Positions 1 through 7,443 of a stretch of DNA of 64,000 bases are shown one piece after another. Made by a program: the position numbers and the translations under genes. The DNA comes from Candidatus Yanofskybacteria bacterium RIFCSPHIGHO2_12_FULL_45_19b (GTDB lineage Bacteria; Patescibacteriota; Minisyncoccia; 2-02-FULL-40-12; IGHO2-12-FULL-4): NCBI GenBank assembly GCA_001794605.1, contig MGKD01000013.1, positions 13,463-77,462 of the forward strand, given 5' to 3'. Positions within the stretch are counted from its first letter, which is position 1, and each line of letters starts with the position of its first letter. The notes under the pieces are model-generated. The model worked only from the letters and a program-made list of their open reading frames with translations. It did not search any database and was not told the origin of the DNA.

Positions 1-1
1 T

Positions 2-1804
2 GCTAGAACGACTGATTTGACGATTGATAGCAATACTTTTGATTATACTGGCTACGCTAATGGTAGTGGTTCGGAGGCAATTAGTGTGCGTTATGCTAGT
101 CATGTGGTGGTAACCAATAACATCCTGACTGGGTCGGCCAGCGCCACGACCTATGAGGCGGGTATTACATTAGCTTCGGTAAATTCTACTGGTGGTCAAA
201 GCGTAATTAGCGGAAACACGGTGGACGGTTTCAGTCGTGGTATCCGTATTCAGCGTTGGGCGTCTGGCGATGGTAATTCTGATGATATAGAGATAACCAA
301 CAACGCAGTAACCGATGGCGTTGTTCTGACGGGTAGTGAAAGTAGTACTGGTGTTGGCTTATTTCTTGCTGGTGTAACCAATCTTTTCGTGGATGAAAAT
401 ACTGTTACTGGTCATACTAATGCCGGTGTGTATATCCCAGCCACTGTTTCGGATGGCGGGGCTAACACCATCACCAATATGATAATTGGTGGTTCAACGG
501 CTAGCTTCAATGACTTTTCTAGCAATACCGACGGAATGGACAACTTCACAACCACAACTGCTAGTGCGCAATATAACTGGTGGGGAAGCTCGACTGGGCC
601 GAACCACTCGCCGGAAAATATTCCTGGAGTAGGCAGTTCTGTTTCTGATTATGTGGACTACAGCCCGTGGTGTACAAATAGTAGCTGTACAACTTTCGGT
701 TCCAGCGACCCGATAGATCATTTTGATATTGATCCGTCAGCTGGTTCGGCAATTGTCAATGTGTTGATTACCCTCACCGTAACCGCTAAAGATTCCGCGG
801 ACATTACTCGGGTTAATGATACCAGTGTAGTTTCGATGGCGGCTGACCATGGTGCATCATTGGGAACCCTACTCCTAACCTTGATAAGTGGGACCAGGGA
901 TACCACTGTGACAAATTCTGTGACGGGAACAGTTAATGTTTCTGGTATTAAAGTGGGCGGTTCAGCCACCGGCTCAACTTCTGTATCGTTTACCAGCAGT
1001 GATCCTGACGCGCCTACGATTATCAGCCACTCTCCAGCGGATGATGCAACCGATGTTGCCGTTACTACTGTGCCATACATTACCTTTTCCGAGGCACTCA
1101 AAGCCAGCACAGTTAACTCCACCAACATCCAACTAAAGAAATACAGCGACAACTCCAATGTTTCTGCCACGGTATCGTTAGTAGAAGGTGGCACCCGAGT
1201 CAACATTACGCCAGACAGCTCCTTGGCCAACAATACCCAATACTACTTTGCTGTTTCAACTAGCGTGCAGGATGAGGCCGGTAATGCTTTGGTGACCGCG
1301 CTGGATGTTGGTAGTAGAGATAGCCATGAATTCACCACTGTGGCCATTGAACCAGTGGTGGTGGACGAGATCGTGGCCGAGTCCAGCACTGCTACCGCCG
1401 ACGACACTTACATCAACGGCTGGCACTACATTTACCGCATCACTGTGAATACTGACGAAACCGATCTTTCGGTTAAGTTTACTGATTGGGATAACGCCGA
1501 CACGACGGACACCATCGCCGCCAATGGCAATATGCGAGTATTGTTCAATAGTGTTACCGCCAATGGGTTAGGTGCGGTGGTCGGTTTGACCGATTCTGAC
1601 ATTGAGGACGGTTTTGGTGATGTGGATTCATACGCAATTGGGAATGATTATACCGACCAATCTCCAAGCGTAATTGATATTTCCGGCCTGGATACTAGTA
1701 GTGTGCGTGATGGCCGGCAGGTTCAGTTTGATGTCTATACTAAACTGCCAGTAACCACTGTACCGGGTTTTTACACCACTACCTATGGTATTCAGGTTAA
1801 TTAA
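2..1804 (+). CDS. Large surface protein, 5'-truncated: parallel beta-helix, Ig-like and Big_5-type domains
   Basis: Frame is open to the window edge. N/T-rich repeats (VVVTNNILTG, VISGNTVDG, IEITNNAVT), YNWWG..GP cap motif, APTIISHSPADDATDV..ITFSEAL Big_5 signature. Confidence 0.8.
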   Translation, partial: ARTTDLTIDSNTFDYTGYANGSGSEAISVRYASHVVVTNNILTGSASATTYEAGITLASVNSTGGQSVISGNTVDGFSRGIRIQRWASGDGNSDDIEITNNAVTDGVVLTGSESSTGVGLFLAGVTNLFVDENTVTGHTNAGVYIPATVSDGGANTITNMIIGGSTASFNDFSSNTDGMDNFTTTTASAQYNWWGSSTGPNHSPENIPGVGSSVSDYVDYSPWCTNSSCTTFGSSDPIDHFDIDPSAGSAIVNVLITLTVTAKDSADITRVNDTSVVSMAADHGASLGTLLLTLISGTRDTTVTNSVTGTVNVSGIKVGGSATGSTSVSFTSSDPDAPTIISHSPADDATDVAVTTVPYITFSEALKASTVNSTNIQLKKYSDNSNVSATVSLVEGGTRVNITPDSSLANNTQYYFAVSTSVQDEAGNALVTALDVGSRDSHEFTTVAIEPVVVDEIVAESSTATADDTYINGWHYIYRITVNTDETDLSVKFTDWDNADTTDTIAANGNMRVLFNSVTANGLGAVVGLTDSDIEDGFGDVDSYAIGNDYTDQSPSVIDISGLDTSSVRDGRQVQFDVYTKLPVTTVPGFYTTTYGIQVN

Positions 1805-1812
1805 CTTCATCC

Positions 1813-2469
1813 ATGACTAATAATAAAAAAATTAATTTCTGGGTGATCTTACTACTACTGTTGGCCTGGCCGGTTAGTGCTTCGGAGGTCACCGGTGGAC
1901 TTAGTAATCAGGGAGTAGTGCCAATCCTCCCTAGTGGAGTAGTCGCCACCAAGACTGGTGATCAACAAATCACCATCAGTTGGAATGCGGTGGTCGGCGT
2001 AGATGGTTATCGGATTTATCAAAAAAAAGACAGTGCTGATTTTCAGCTGTTGGTTGATAATCTGACCAACCTCCAGTATGTCAACTCAAGCTTAGCTAAT
2101 GGTAATTACAGTTATCGGGTGCAGTCATTTAAAGGGAGTTTAAGTCCGAGTGTAGATAATACTGCTCCTACCGCACCCATTACTATCAATTTTGTTGTTT
2201 CTACTCCGACTCCCACCCCAACACCGTCGGGTGGCGGTGGTGGAGGTGGCGGGGGGGGCGGCTCAGTATCTACACCCACTCCCACTCCCACAGGCACGCC
2301 TACATTGAATCAAGGTAATTCCAATGGGGACGGTAAAGTAGATGTGTTAGACTTCAATACCTTGGTTACTAATTGGGGAGCCACTGGTAGTGGTAATTCG
2401 GCAGACTTTAACAGTGATGGTACGGTTGATATTTTAGACTTCAACATCCTAATGAATAATTGGAGTTAA
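1813..2469 (+). CDS. Secreted FN3 + PT/Gly linker + dockerin-like protein
   Basis: Signal peptide; ITISWNAV..YRIYQ..YSYRVQS FN3; duplicated Ca-loop segments NSNGDGKVDVLDF / DFNSDGTVDILDF. Confidence 0.85.
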   Translation: MTNNKKINFWVILLLLLAWPVSASEVTGGLSNQGVVPILPSGVVATKTGDQQITISWNAVVGVDGYRIYQKKDSADFQLLVDNLTNLQYVNSSLANGNYSYRVQSFKGSLSPSVDNTAPTAPITINFVVSTPTPTPTPSGGGGGGGGGGGSVSTPTPTPTGTPTLNQGNSNGDGKVDVLDFNTLVTNWGATGSGNSADFNSDGTVDILDFNILMNNWS

Positions 2470-2480
2470 TAAATCTAAAT

Positions 2481-3242
2481 ATGATGAAAAAAACTATTCT
2501 CGCAATTATTACTGTCGTTGGTTTTGGTCTATCCGCTGGGCCAGCGCTGGCCGCTACGCTTACGCTGTCGCCAACTAGTATTACCGTGAAGGCCGGGCAG
2601 TCTTTTACTGTAGCAGTTATGGTTGATCCACAAGGCGGGAAAGATTCAACTATCAAGACTGTACTGAGTTTCCCCGCTGATATGCTAAGTGTGCAGGCTT
2701 TCACGCAAAACACTGGCTGGTTGTCACTCACTCAACCTGGCTATGATCTAACAGATAATACCAATGGTAAGTTAGTTAAAACGGCTGGCTTCCCGGGTGG
2801 TATTACTAATACTACTACCTTCGGTACAGTGAACTTTTTGGCTAAAAAAAGTGGTAGTGCCAATATCCAAGTAACCGCTGAATCATTGGTTTATGACAAT
2901 ACCAATAAAAATGTTTTAGGATCGGTACTTGGCCAAACCGTGGTAACAATTAATCCGGCGGCTACTCCAACTCCGACCGTCACTAAAGCAGTTACACCAG
3001 CACCAACCAAGGTTGGTGGGCAGGTAACCGCTAGCCCGACGCCAACCGTATCGGAGGAGGCAGGCGTGTTAACCCCCACCCCCACTCCAGATACGCTAAG
3101 CGATAGTACTACGGCGCGTTTGGGTGCGGCGTTAACGCTGGGTACCAACAAGTGGCCAGTAGCAGTTTTGGTACTTGCCATTTTAGCTGGGTTGCTGGCT
3201 TGGTTAATCTGGGGCCTGCGCCGACGCAAAAACAACCTATAG
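2481..3242 (+). CDS. Cohesin-domain protein with PT linker and C-terminal membrane anchor
   Basis: Signal peptide ending ALA; ATLTLSP..VKAGQSFTVAV..LSFPADML cohesin-like pattern; TM helix followed by RRRK. Confidence 0.75.
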   Translation: MMKKTILAIITVVGFGLSAGPALAATLTLSPTSITVKAGQSFTVAVMVDPQGGKDSTIKTVLSFPADMLSVQAFTQNTGWLSLTQPGYDLTDNTNGKLVKTAGFPGGITNTTTFGTVNFLAKKSGSANIQVTAESLVYDNTNKNVLGSVLGQTVVTINPAATPTPTVTKAVTPAPTKVGGQVTASPTPTVSEEAGVLTPTPTPDTLSDSTTARLGAALTLGTNKWPVAVLVLAILAGLLAWLIWGLRRRKNNL

Positions 3243-3262
3243 TCTAAAGCAAAATAACCCAA

Positions 3263-3287
3263 AACCTTGAGGTTTAACCTCAGGGTT
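3263..3287. repeat. REP palindrome (TGAGGTTWAACCTCA family), copy 1
   Basis: AACCTTGAGGTT-T-AACCTCAGGGTT, same core as the copies at 4694, 4908 and 5379. Confidence 0.85.
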
Positions 3288-3294
3288 AGTAACC

Positions 3295-3362
3295 CGTCCC
3301 CCACTTTTGCCCTCCTACGCGAAGAGAATATGCTTCGGGGGGTATACAAAAAGTAGGGGACG
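3295..3362. repeat. Inverted repeat with nested hairpin (possible second REP type or terminator)
   Basis: CGTCCCCCACTTTT ... AAAAGTAGGGGACG (13/14 paired) enclosing CCCTCC..CGAAG..CTTCGGGGGG. Confidence 0.5.
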
Positions 3363-3380
3363 AGTGTTATCATTTAGTTC

Positions 3381-3701
3381 ATGATTAACTATGAACAATT
3401 TAGCCAGACTGAACTACAAGTAGCAGAAGTTAAAACTGCTGAACGGGTGACTGGTTCAGACAAATTACTGAAATTAATGATTAGTTTGGGTGAGGAGGAG
3501 CGCCAGATTATCGCTGGTATCGGCAAAGCCTACGAACCAGAAAGTTTGATTGGCAAACAGATTATTATCGTTGCCAATCTGGAACCACGCCAACTGATGG
3601 GCTTAGAAAGCCAGGGCATGTTGCTAGCGGCTGACTCCGAAGCTGGTCCGGTGCTTTTGATGCCAGACAAACCAGTCTCTCCTGGTAGTAAAATTAAATG
3701 A
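3381..3701 (+). CDS. OB-fold tRNA-binding protein (Trbp111/CsaA/MetRS C-terminal-like)
   Basis: SDKLLKL..RQIIAGI..VANLEPR.LMGLESQGMLLAA motifs. Confidence 0.9.
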   Translation: MINYEQFSQTELQVAEVKTAERVTGSDKLLKLMISLGEEERQIIAGIGKAYEPESLIGKQIIIVANLEPRQLMGLESQGMLLAADSEAGPVLLMPDKPVSPGSKIK

Positions 3702-4684
3702 AGCGAGTTATTTTAATTGTTCTGATTTGTCTAGCTATTGCAGCTGGAGGGTTTTTGCTCTTTACTCATCAAGACTTTTCTTTTAAGGGTGGAGAGGGAT
3801 TTTCAATTTTTTCTACCCCGACCCCGATGAACACTATCCTAATTTTTACTGGTGATATTATGCTGGGTCGGAGTGTGGAGATTAAATTAAATAAATATGG
3901 TGCTGGTGATTATTTCTTTCCCTTTGCGCGCATCAGCGAGTGGTTAAATTCGGCGGATTTAACTTTTGCTAATTTAGAGGGACCAGTCTCGGACCGGGGC
4001 ATAAAAGTGGGCAGTATCTACTCTTTTCGCTTCAATCCGTTAGTGACAAAAGCTTTAAAAAAGGCCGGTTTTGATGTGGTTTCCTTGGCCAATAACCATA
4101 TTTGGGACTATGGTCCACAGGCTTTTTTAGACACTCTGGATAATTTAAAAACTGGTGGAATTGATTATGTCGGCGCCGGTAAAAATTTCACTGAGGCGCA
4201 TGGCGGCCTAACCAAAGAAATCAACGGTACTCGGATAACTTTCTTAGCTTATACCCCGCTGTTAGCAAAAAGTTTGAATGCTACGGCTGACCATTTTGGT
4301 ATTAATGTTTTAGATTTAGACCAGATGGACTTGGATATTAAATCTGCCAAAGCGTGCAGTGATTTAGTGGTGGTGTCGTTTCATTTTGGCGAAGAGTACA
4401 AACCTAAGCATAATCAATTTCAAGAAACCGTCGCCTATCGCGCCGTTGATGCCGGAGCAGATTTAATTATCGGTCACCATCCGCACGTGGCAGAGGATTT
4501 GGAACAATACCAAGGCAAATGGATTGCCTACAGCCTGGGAAATTTTATTTTTGATCAATACTTTTCTCCCGAAACCATGCAAGGGTTGGTTTTGCGAGTA
4601 ACATTAAGTGGCAAAACTATCTCCAAAGTAGAACCACTCACTGTGCAACTAAATAGCAACTTCCAACCAGCCTTGATCGACTAA
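3698..4684 (+). CDS. CapA-family (PGA_cap) metallophosphoesterase, membrane-anchored
   Basis: GDIMLGR, NLEGP, SLANNH, HFGEEY, GHHPHV and YSLGNFIFDQ motifs; N-terminal TM. Confidence 0.9.
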   Translation: MKRVILIVLICLAIAAGGFLLFTHQDFSFKGGEGFSIFSTPTPMNTILIFTGDIMLGRSVEIKLNKYGAGDYFFPFARISEWLNSADLTFANLEGPVSDRGIKVGSIYSFRFNPLVTKALKKAGFDVVSLANNHIWDYGPQAFLDTLDNLKTGGIDYVGAGKNFTEAHGGLTKEINGTRITFLAYTPLLAKSLNATADHFGINVLDLDQMDLDIKSAKACSDLVVVSFHFGEEYKPKHNQFQETVAYRAVDAGADLIIGHHPHVAEDLEQYQGKWIAYSLGNFIFDQYFSPETMQGLVLRVTLSGKTISKVEPLTVQLNSNFQPALID

Positions 4685-4693
4685 AAAAAGCGC

Positions 4694-4722
4694 CCTACCT
4701 TGAGGTTTAACCTCAAGGTAGG
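4694..4722. repeat. REP palindrome copy 2, containing the RAYT -35 box
   Basis: CCTACCTTGAGGTT-T-AACCTCAAGGTAGG, perfect 14-bp arms. Confidence 0.9.
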
Positions 4723-4728
4723 TATACT
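4700..4728 (+). promoter_or_regulatory. sigma70-like promoter of RAYT (leaderless)
   Basis: TTGAGG-17-TATACT, ATG 6 nt downstream. Confidence 0.55.
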
Positions 4729-4734
4729 TCTGAT

Positions 4735-5394
4735 ATGGCTAATCGAAAAATTAGTTTTATCAACGATAACTATTATCATATTTATAACCGTGGTATTGAT
4801 AAGCGGATTATCTTTGAGAATGACCACGATTTTAAAAGATTTCAAGAAAGTCTACGGCTATTCAATTCTCCTAATAGTATCTGGCTAGCTGATGCTAACC
4901 AGAAAACTGAGGTTAAACCTCAAGACCGTCTGGTAGATATAGTGTGCTACTGTCTAATGCCCAATCATTTCCATCTTTTACTTAAGCAACGAGTTGATAG
5001 TGGTATCCCAAATTTCATGCGAAAATTGGGCACTGGGTATTCGTTATATTTTAATATGCGCAAAGAACGAAGTGGTAGTTTATTTCAAGGTACCTACAAA
5101 GCCAAGCTAGTGACAGATGATAATTACCTGACTCATCTTTCTAGATATATTCACATGAATCCGGTTGAGCTGGTAGATAGTAATTGGAAAGTGGCCGGTA
5201 TAAAAAACAAAAGAACGGCATTTGATTTTCTCGATAAGTTTCAGTGGTCAAGTTATCCTGATTTTATATCAGAAGTCAGTGGCAAGATAATTAGTAGAAG
5301 TATTTTGCATGAAATGTTTACGCCCAGTAGCTACAAGAAATTCATCGAGAGCTGGCTAATTAAAGATTTAGAGCAAATTGCCCAACTACCTTGA
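4735..5394 (+). CDS. REP-associated tyrosine transposase (RAYT, HUH Y1 family)
   Basis: YHIYNRG, CLMPNHFHLL (HUH), GSLFQG, YIHMNP and WSSY motifs; flanked by palindromes. Confidence 0.92.
   Translation: MANRKISFINDNYYHIYNRGIDKRIIFENDHDFKRFQESLRLFNSPNSIWLADANQKTEVKPQDRLVDIVCYCLMPNHFHLLLKQRVDSGIPNFMRKLGTGYSLYFNMRKERSGSLFQGTYKAKLVTDDNYLTHLSRYIHMNPVELVDSNWKVAGIKNKRTAFDFLDKFQWSSYPDFISEVSGKIISRSILHEMFTPSSYKKFIESWLIKDLEQIAQLP
4908..4922. repeat. REP core inside the RAYT coding sequence
   Basis: TGAGGTT-A-AACCTCA, read in frame as (T)EVKPQ. Confidence 0.8.
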
Positions 5395-5419
5395 GGTTAA
5401 ACCTCAAGGTAGTTGGGCA
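5379..5419. repeat. REP palindrome copy 4, overlapping the RAYT stop codon
   Basis: TGCCCAACTACCTTGAGGTT-A-AACCTCAAGGTAGTTGGGCA, perfect 20-bp arms. Confidence 0.92.
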
Positions 5420-5421
5420 GA

Positions 5422-5524
5422 ATGGTTTTGGAGGTAACATTGGGCAGTGAAAACCATAACTAAGGTTGAGCCATTTACCGTGCGACTGAATGGCGATTTT
5501 CAACCAGCAGCTCTGGCCAACTAG
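5422..5524 (+). pseudogene. Relic 3' end of a capA allele (frameshifted fragment)
   Basis: VLEVTLGS/KTITKVEPFTVRLNGDFQPA versus CapA C-terminus VLRVTLSG/KTISKVEPLTVQLNSNFQPA (20/28 identical, one extra base). Confidence 0.85.
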
Positions 5525-5617
5525 AGTGGCTTGTGATATACTACTTTTACCCCTGGACCAAGCTCGGTCATGGAAGGGGGTGTACGAGCAACCTTTTGAA
5601 TCATGAGGGTTAGTTAA

Positions 5618-5971
5618 ATGACGATTGGAATGGCGAGAATTGCTGTGGTTGAACTGCCGGCGAATCCAAGAAACAAGGGCACGGAGTTTATCAACAAGCC
5701 CATCAACGAGTTGACCTCGGAGGTCGTCGAACTCATGATGAGGTTGGGGTGTCGAACCCCCTTGGAGTTGGTCGATAAGGCCGTGGAGTCGAAGGTGGCT
5801 TCGTTGGCCGCGGTCAACTCTCTCAAGAGCAGTGTGGAGTCGCTCCACCCATTCAATCTTGTTGTAAGAGTTCTTCCGGAACTCCGCGAGGAGATTGAGG
5901 GCAGAGTTCTTCGTCTGCGTTCACAGCAGATCAGGGCGAGCCATGGAGCCCACCCGGTGCGGAGGGTGTAG
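5618..5971 (+). CDS. Hypothetical protein
   Basis: 117-aa ORF, GAGG upstream, codon style differs from neighbours; no recognised motif. Confidence 0.55.
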   Translation: MTIGMARIAVVELPANPRNKGTEFINKPINELTSEVVELMMRLGCRTPLELVDKAVESKVASLAAVNSLKSSVESLHPFNLVVRVLPELREEIEGRVLRLRSQQIRASHGAHPVRRV

Positions 5972-6068
5972 ATATCCCATTCTCTCTGTTCAAAAGCATC
6001 AGCCTATCGTGCAGTTCTTTTTTATTATCTCTCGGTCTGAGAATTGGGCGGCTTAAACCCGCCTAGTC

Positions 6069-6104
6069 GACCGCCCTAGATGTAAGGGCGGTCTTTATTT
6101 TTTT
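6069..6104 (+). terminator. Rho-independent terminator
   Basis: GACCGCCCT-N7-AGGGCGGTC followed by TTTATTTTTTT. Confidence 0.7.
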
Positions 6105-6133
6105 ATGGTTATTTGTTAAGTAAGGTCTTATCT

Positions 6134-6694
6134 ATGCAGGAAGATCTAGATTTAGCAAAAATCACCCTGGATGCTTTTCACTCGATTGTCTATTTATCTT
6201 TTCTCGTTAAAGACAGTGGTTTGCGTGAGCGGCTAATTGCTAGAGCGAAACCACTGCTAGATCGTCCGGGGCGATCGGAATTTGAGCGAGTTAAAATGCT
6301 AGAGCAAACCGTCGCTTGCCTCCTCGATTATTTGGAACTCCTGGTCTATCTAAAGTCTGCTCCGCTAGGGGGTTTGCTGGAGACCCAAAAACAGGTACTG
6401 AAATTAAAATTGATTATTGTTAGCAAGGAGAAGAATGCTCATCCTAAAAAAGTTTCTAAACCAGAAGAGGTTCAAATTGAAACTGAAAAAGGAAATGACC
6501 AAATTTTGGATGAAAAAATTATTGAACTAGTTAAGACCAGAGATGGTTGTAACTTTAAGGATATTTCTGGCGAGCTAGGTGGGGAGTATTCCAAACGGAC
6601 TTTGATCCGTTATATCAACAAACTATTGGCGCGCGGTTTAATCAAGAAAAAGCTGGGGCTGGATACGAGGTTTCCTAGCTATACGGTTGAGTGA
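6134..6694 (+). CDS. Helical N-domain + C-terminal winged-helix DNA-binding protein (start uncertain, 6113 or 6134)
   Basis: KIIELVK..NFKDIS..YSKRTLIRYINKLLARGLIKK DeoR-like wHTH pattern. Confidence 0.75.
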   Translation: MQEDLDLAKITLDAFHSIVYLSFLVKDSGLRERLIARAKPLLDRPGRSEFERVKMLEQTVACLLDYLELLVYLKSAPLGGLLETQKQVLKLKLIIVSKEKNAHPKKVSKPEEVQIETEKGNDQILDEKIIELVKTRDGCNFKDISGELGGEYSKRTLIRYINKLLARGLIKKKLGLDTRFPSYTVE

Positions 6695-6835
6695 TGGTGC
6701 CAGGCATGGTGCCAGCTAGCTGGCACCATGCCTGGCACCATGAAGTTGTGCTTATTTAAATAGGACATTCATGGTGCCAGCTAAATCTGTTGCTGAATCT
6801 GGCTTTACGCTTGGCACCATGCTTGGCACCATGAA
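6694..6835. repeat. Array of seven TGGCACCAT motifs including a perfect 48-bp palindrome
   Basis: Palindrome 6694-6741 (ATGGTGCCAGGCATGGTGCCAGCT|reverse complement); further copies at 6770, 6812 and 6824; paired copies 12 bp apart. Confidence 0.92.
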
Positions 6836-6953
6836 GACCGTGTGGTTTTCATTTTTCTGACATAATTTTACGGTGCTATCCGTCAGCCACTGGATGGGGA
6901 AATATTGCCCCAAGAGTTTTTGTGAAAGATGAAAAAGTCTTAATTTAAGGCGG

Positions 6954-6962
6954 TTATCCACA
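6954..6962 (+). promoter_or_regulatory. Perfect DnaA box
   Basis: TTATCCACA, 8 bp upstream of a -35 box. Confidence 0.6.
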
Positions 6963-6970
6963 ATTGGCTA

Positions 6971-6999
6971 TTGTCGGTGCGGGTGAATAAAATTATAAT
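6971..6999 (+). promoter_or_regulatory. sigma70-like promoter P1 for the S-layer gene
   Basis: TTGTCG-17-TATAAT. Confidence 0.6.
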
Positions 7000-7067
7000 G
7001 GTTTTAACGGTTGTTAGTAATCCGTTTTGTTCCTTGTTGGTAAAGGATTCCTTATTTCTCTGATGGT

Positions 7068-7095
7068 TTGACAAAAGGCCTATTTTTGTTAATAT
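7068..7095 (+). promoter_or_regulatory. sigma70-like promoter P2 for the S-layer gene
   Basis: TTGACA-16-TAATAT with TG extension. Confidence 0.6.
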
Positions 7096-7203
7096 CACCA
7101 GAGCGTCTAAGGACTATTATCAGTTAGTAAATGCGGGCTAAAAAGGTGCGTAAAAAGCCACTATTTACGAGCTTGTAATAGGAATCTATCCGAGGCGAGC
7201 TTG

Positions 7204-7221
7204 GACCTTGAAAACTCAATA
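7204..7221 (+). promoter_or_regulatory. boxA-like (Nus antitermination-like) motif in the leader
   Basis: GACCTTGAAAACTCAATA; similar motif at 58391. Confidence 0.4.
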
Positions 7222-7443
7222 AAACGGTTGCTATATATTGTAAGTAAAATAAGAGGTCAAACTAAGCAATAATAATGAGCTCCATCGCTCGTTCTAAATT
7301 TTTTTGCTCGGTCGATAAAACAGAGCGAATTCCCTTTTTGAGGGTGAGGAACAAGTGAGTGGTGGTTCAATAAGTTAAACCGTTCTGGCTAGTTGGGTGG
7401 TCGCAAGACAAACCAAATTTATCCAGAACACAAATATCAATCT

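Noticed and set aside
2251-2258. G8 phase-variation tract in the dockerin gene
   Set aside because: Lies within a poly-Gly linker where G-runs are expected, and the tract is short
3698-4684. Poly-gamma-glutamate capsule operon
   Set aside because: No capB/capC present; stand-alone CapA-family proteins are widespread
4700-4888. ORFs containing LRFNLK/LRLNLK (4700+, 2891-, 5360-)
   Set aside because: These are translations of the REP palindrome and shadows of real genes
6694-6835. CRISPR array
   Set aside because: Repeats are only 9-12 bp, occur in both orientations, lack regular unique spacers, and no cas genes are present
6752-6961. 69-aa reverse ORF with MVPSMVPS
   Set aside because: The peptide repeat simply reflects the 12-bp DNA repeat; no other coding evidence
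6840-7000. Chromosomal oriC
   Set aside because: Only one perfect DnaA box, no dnaA/dnaN nearby and no clear DUE; cannot be supported without GC skew
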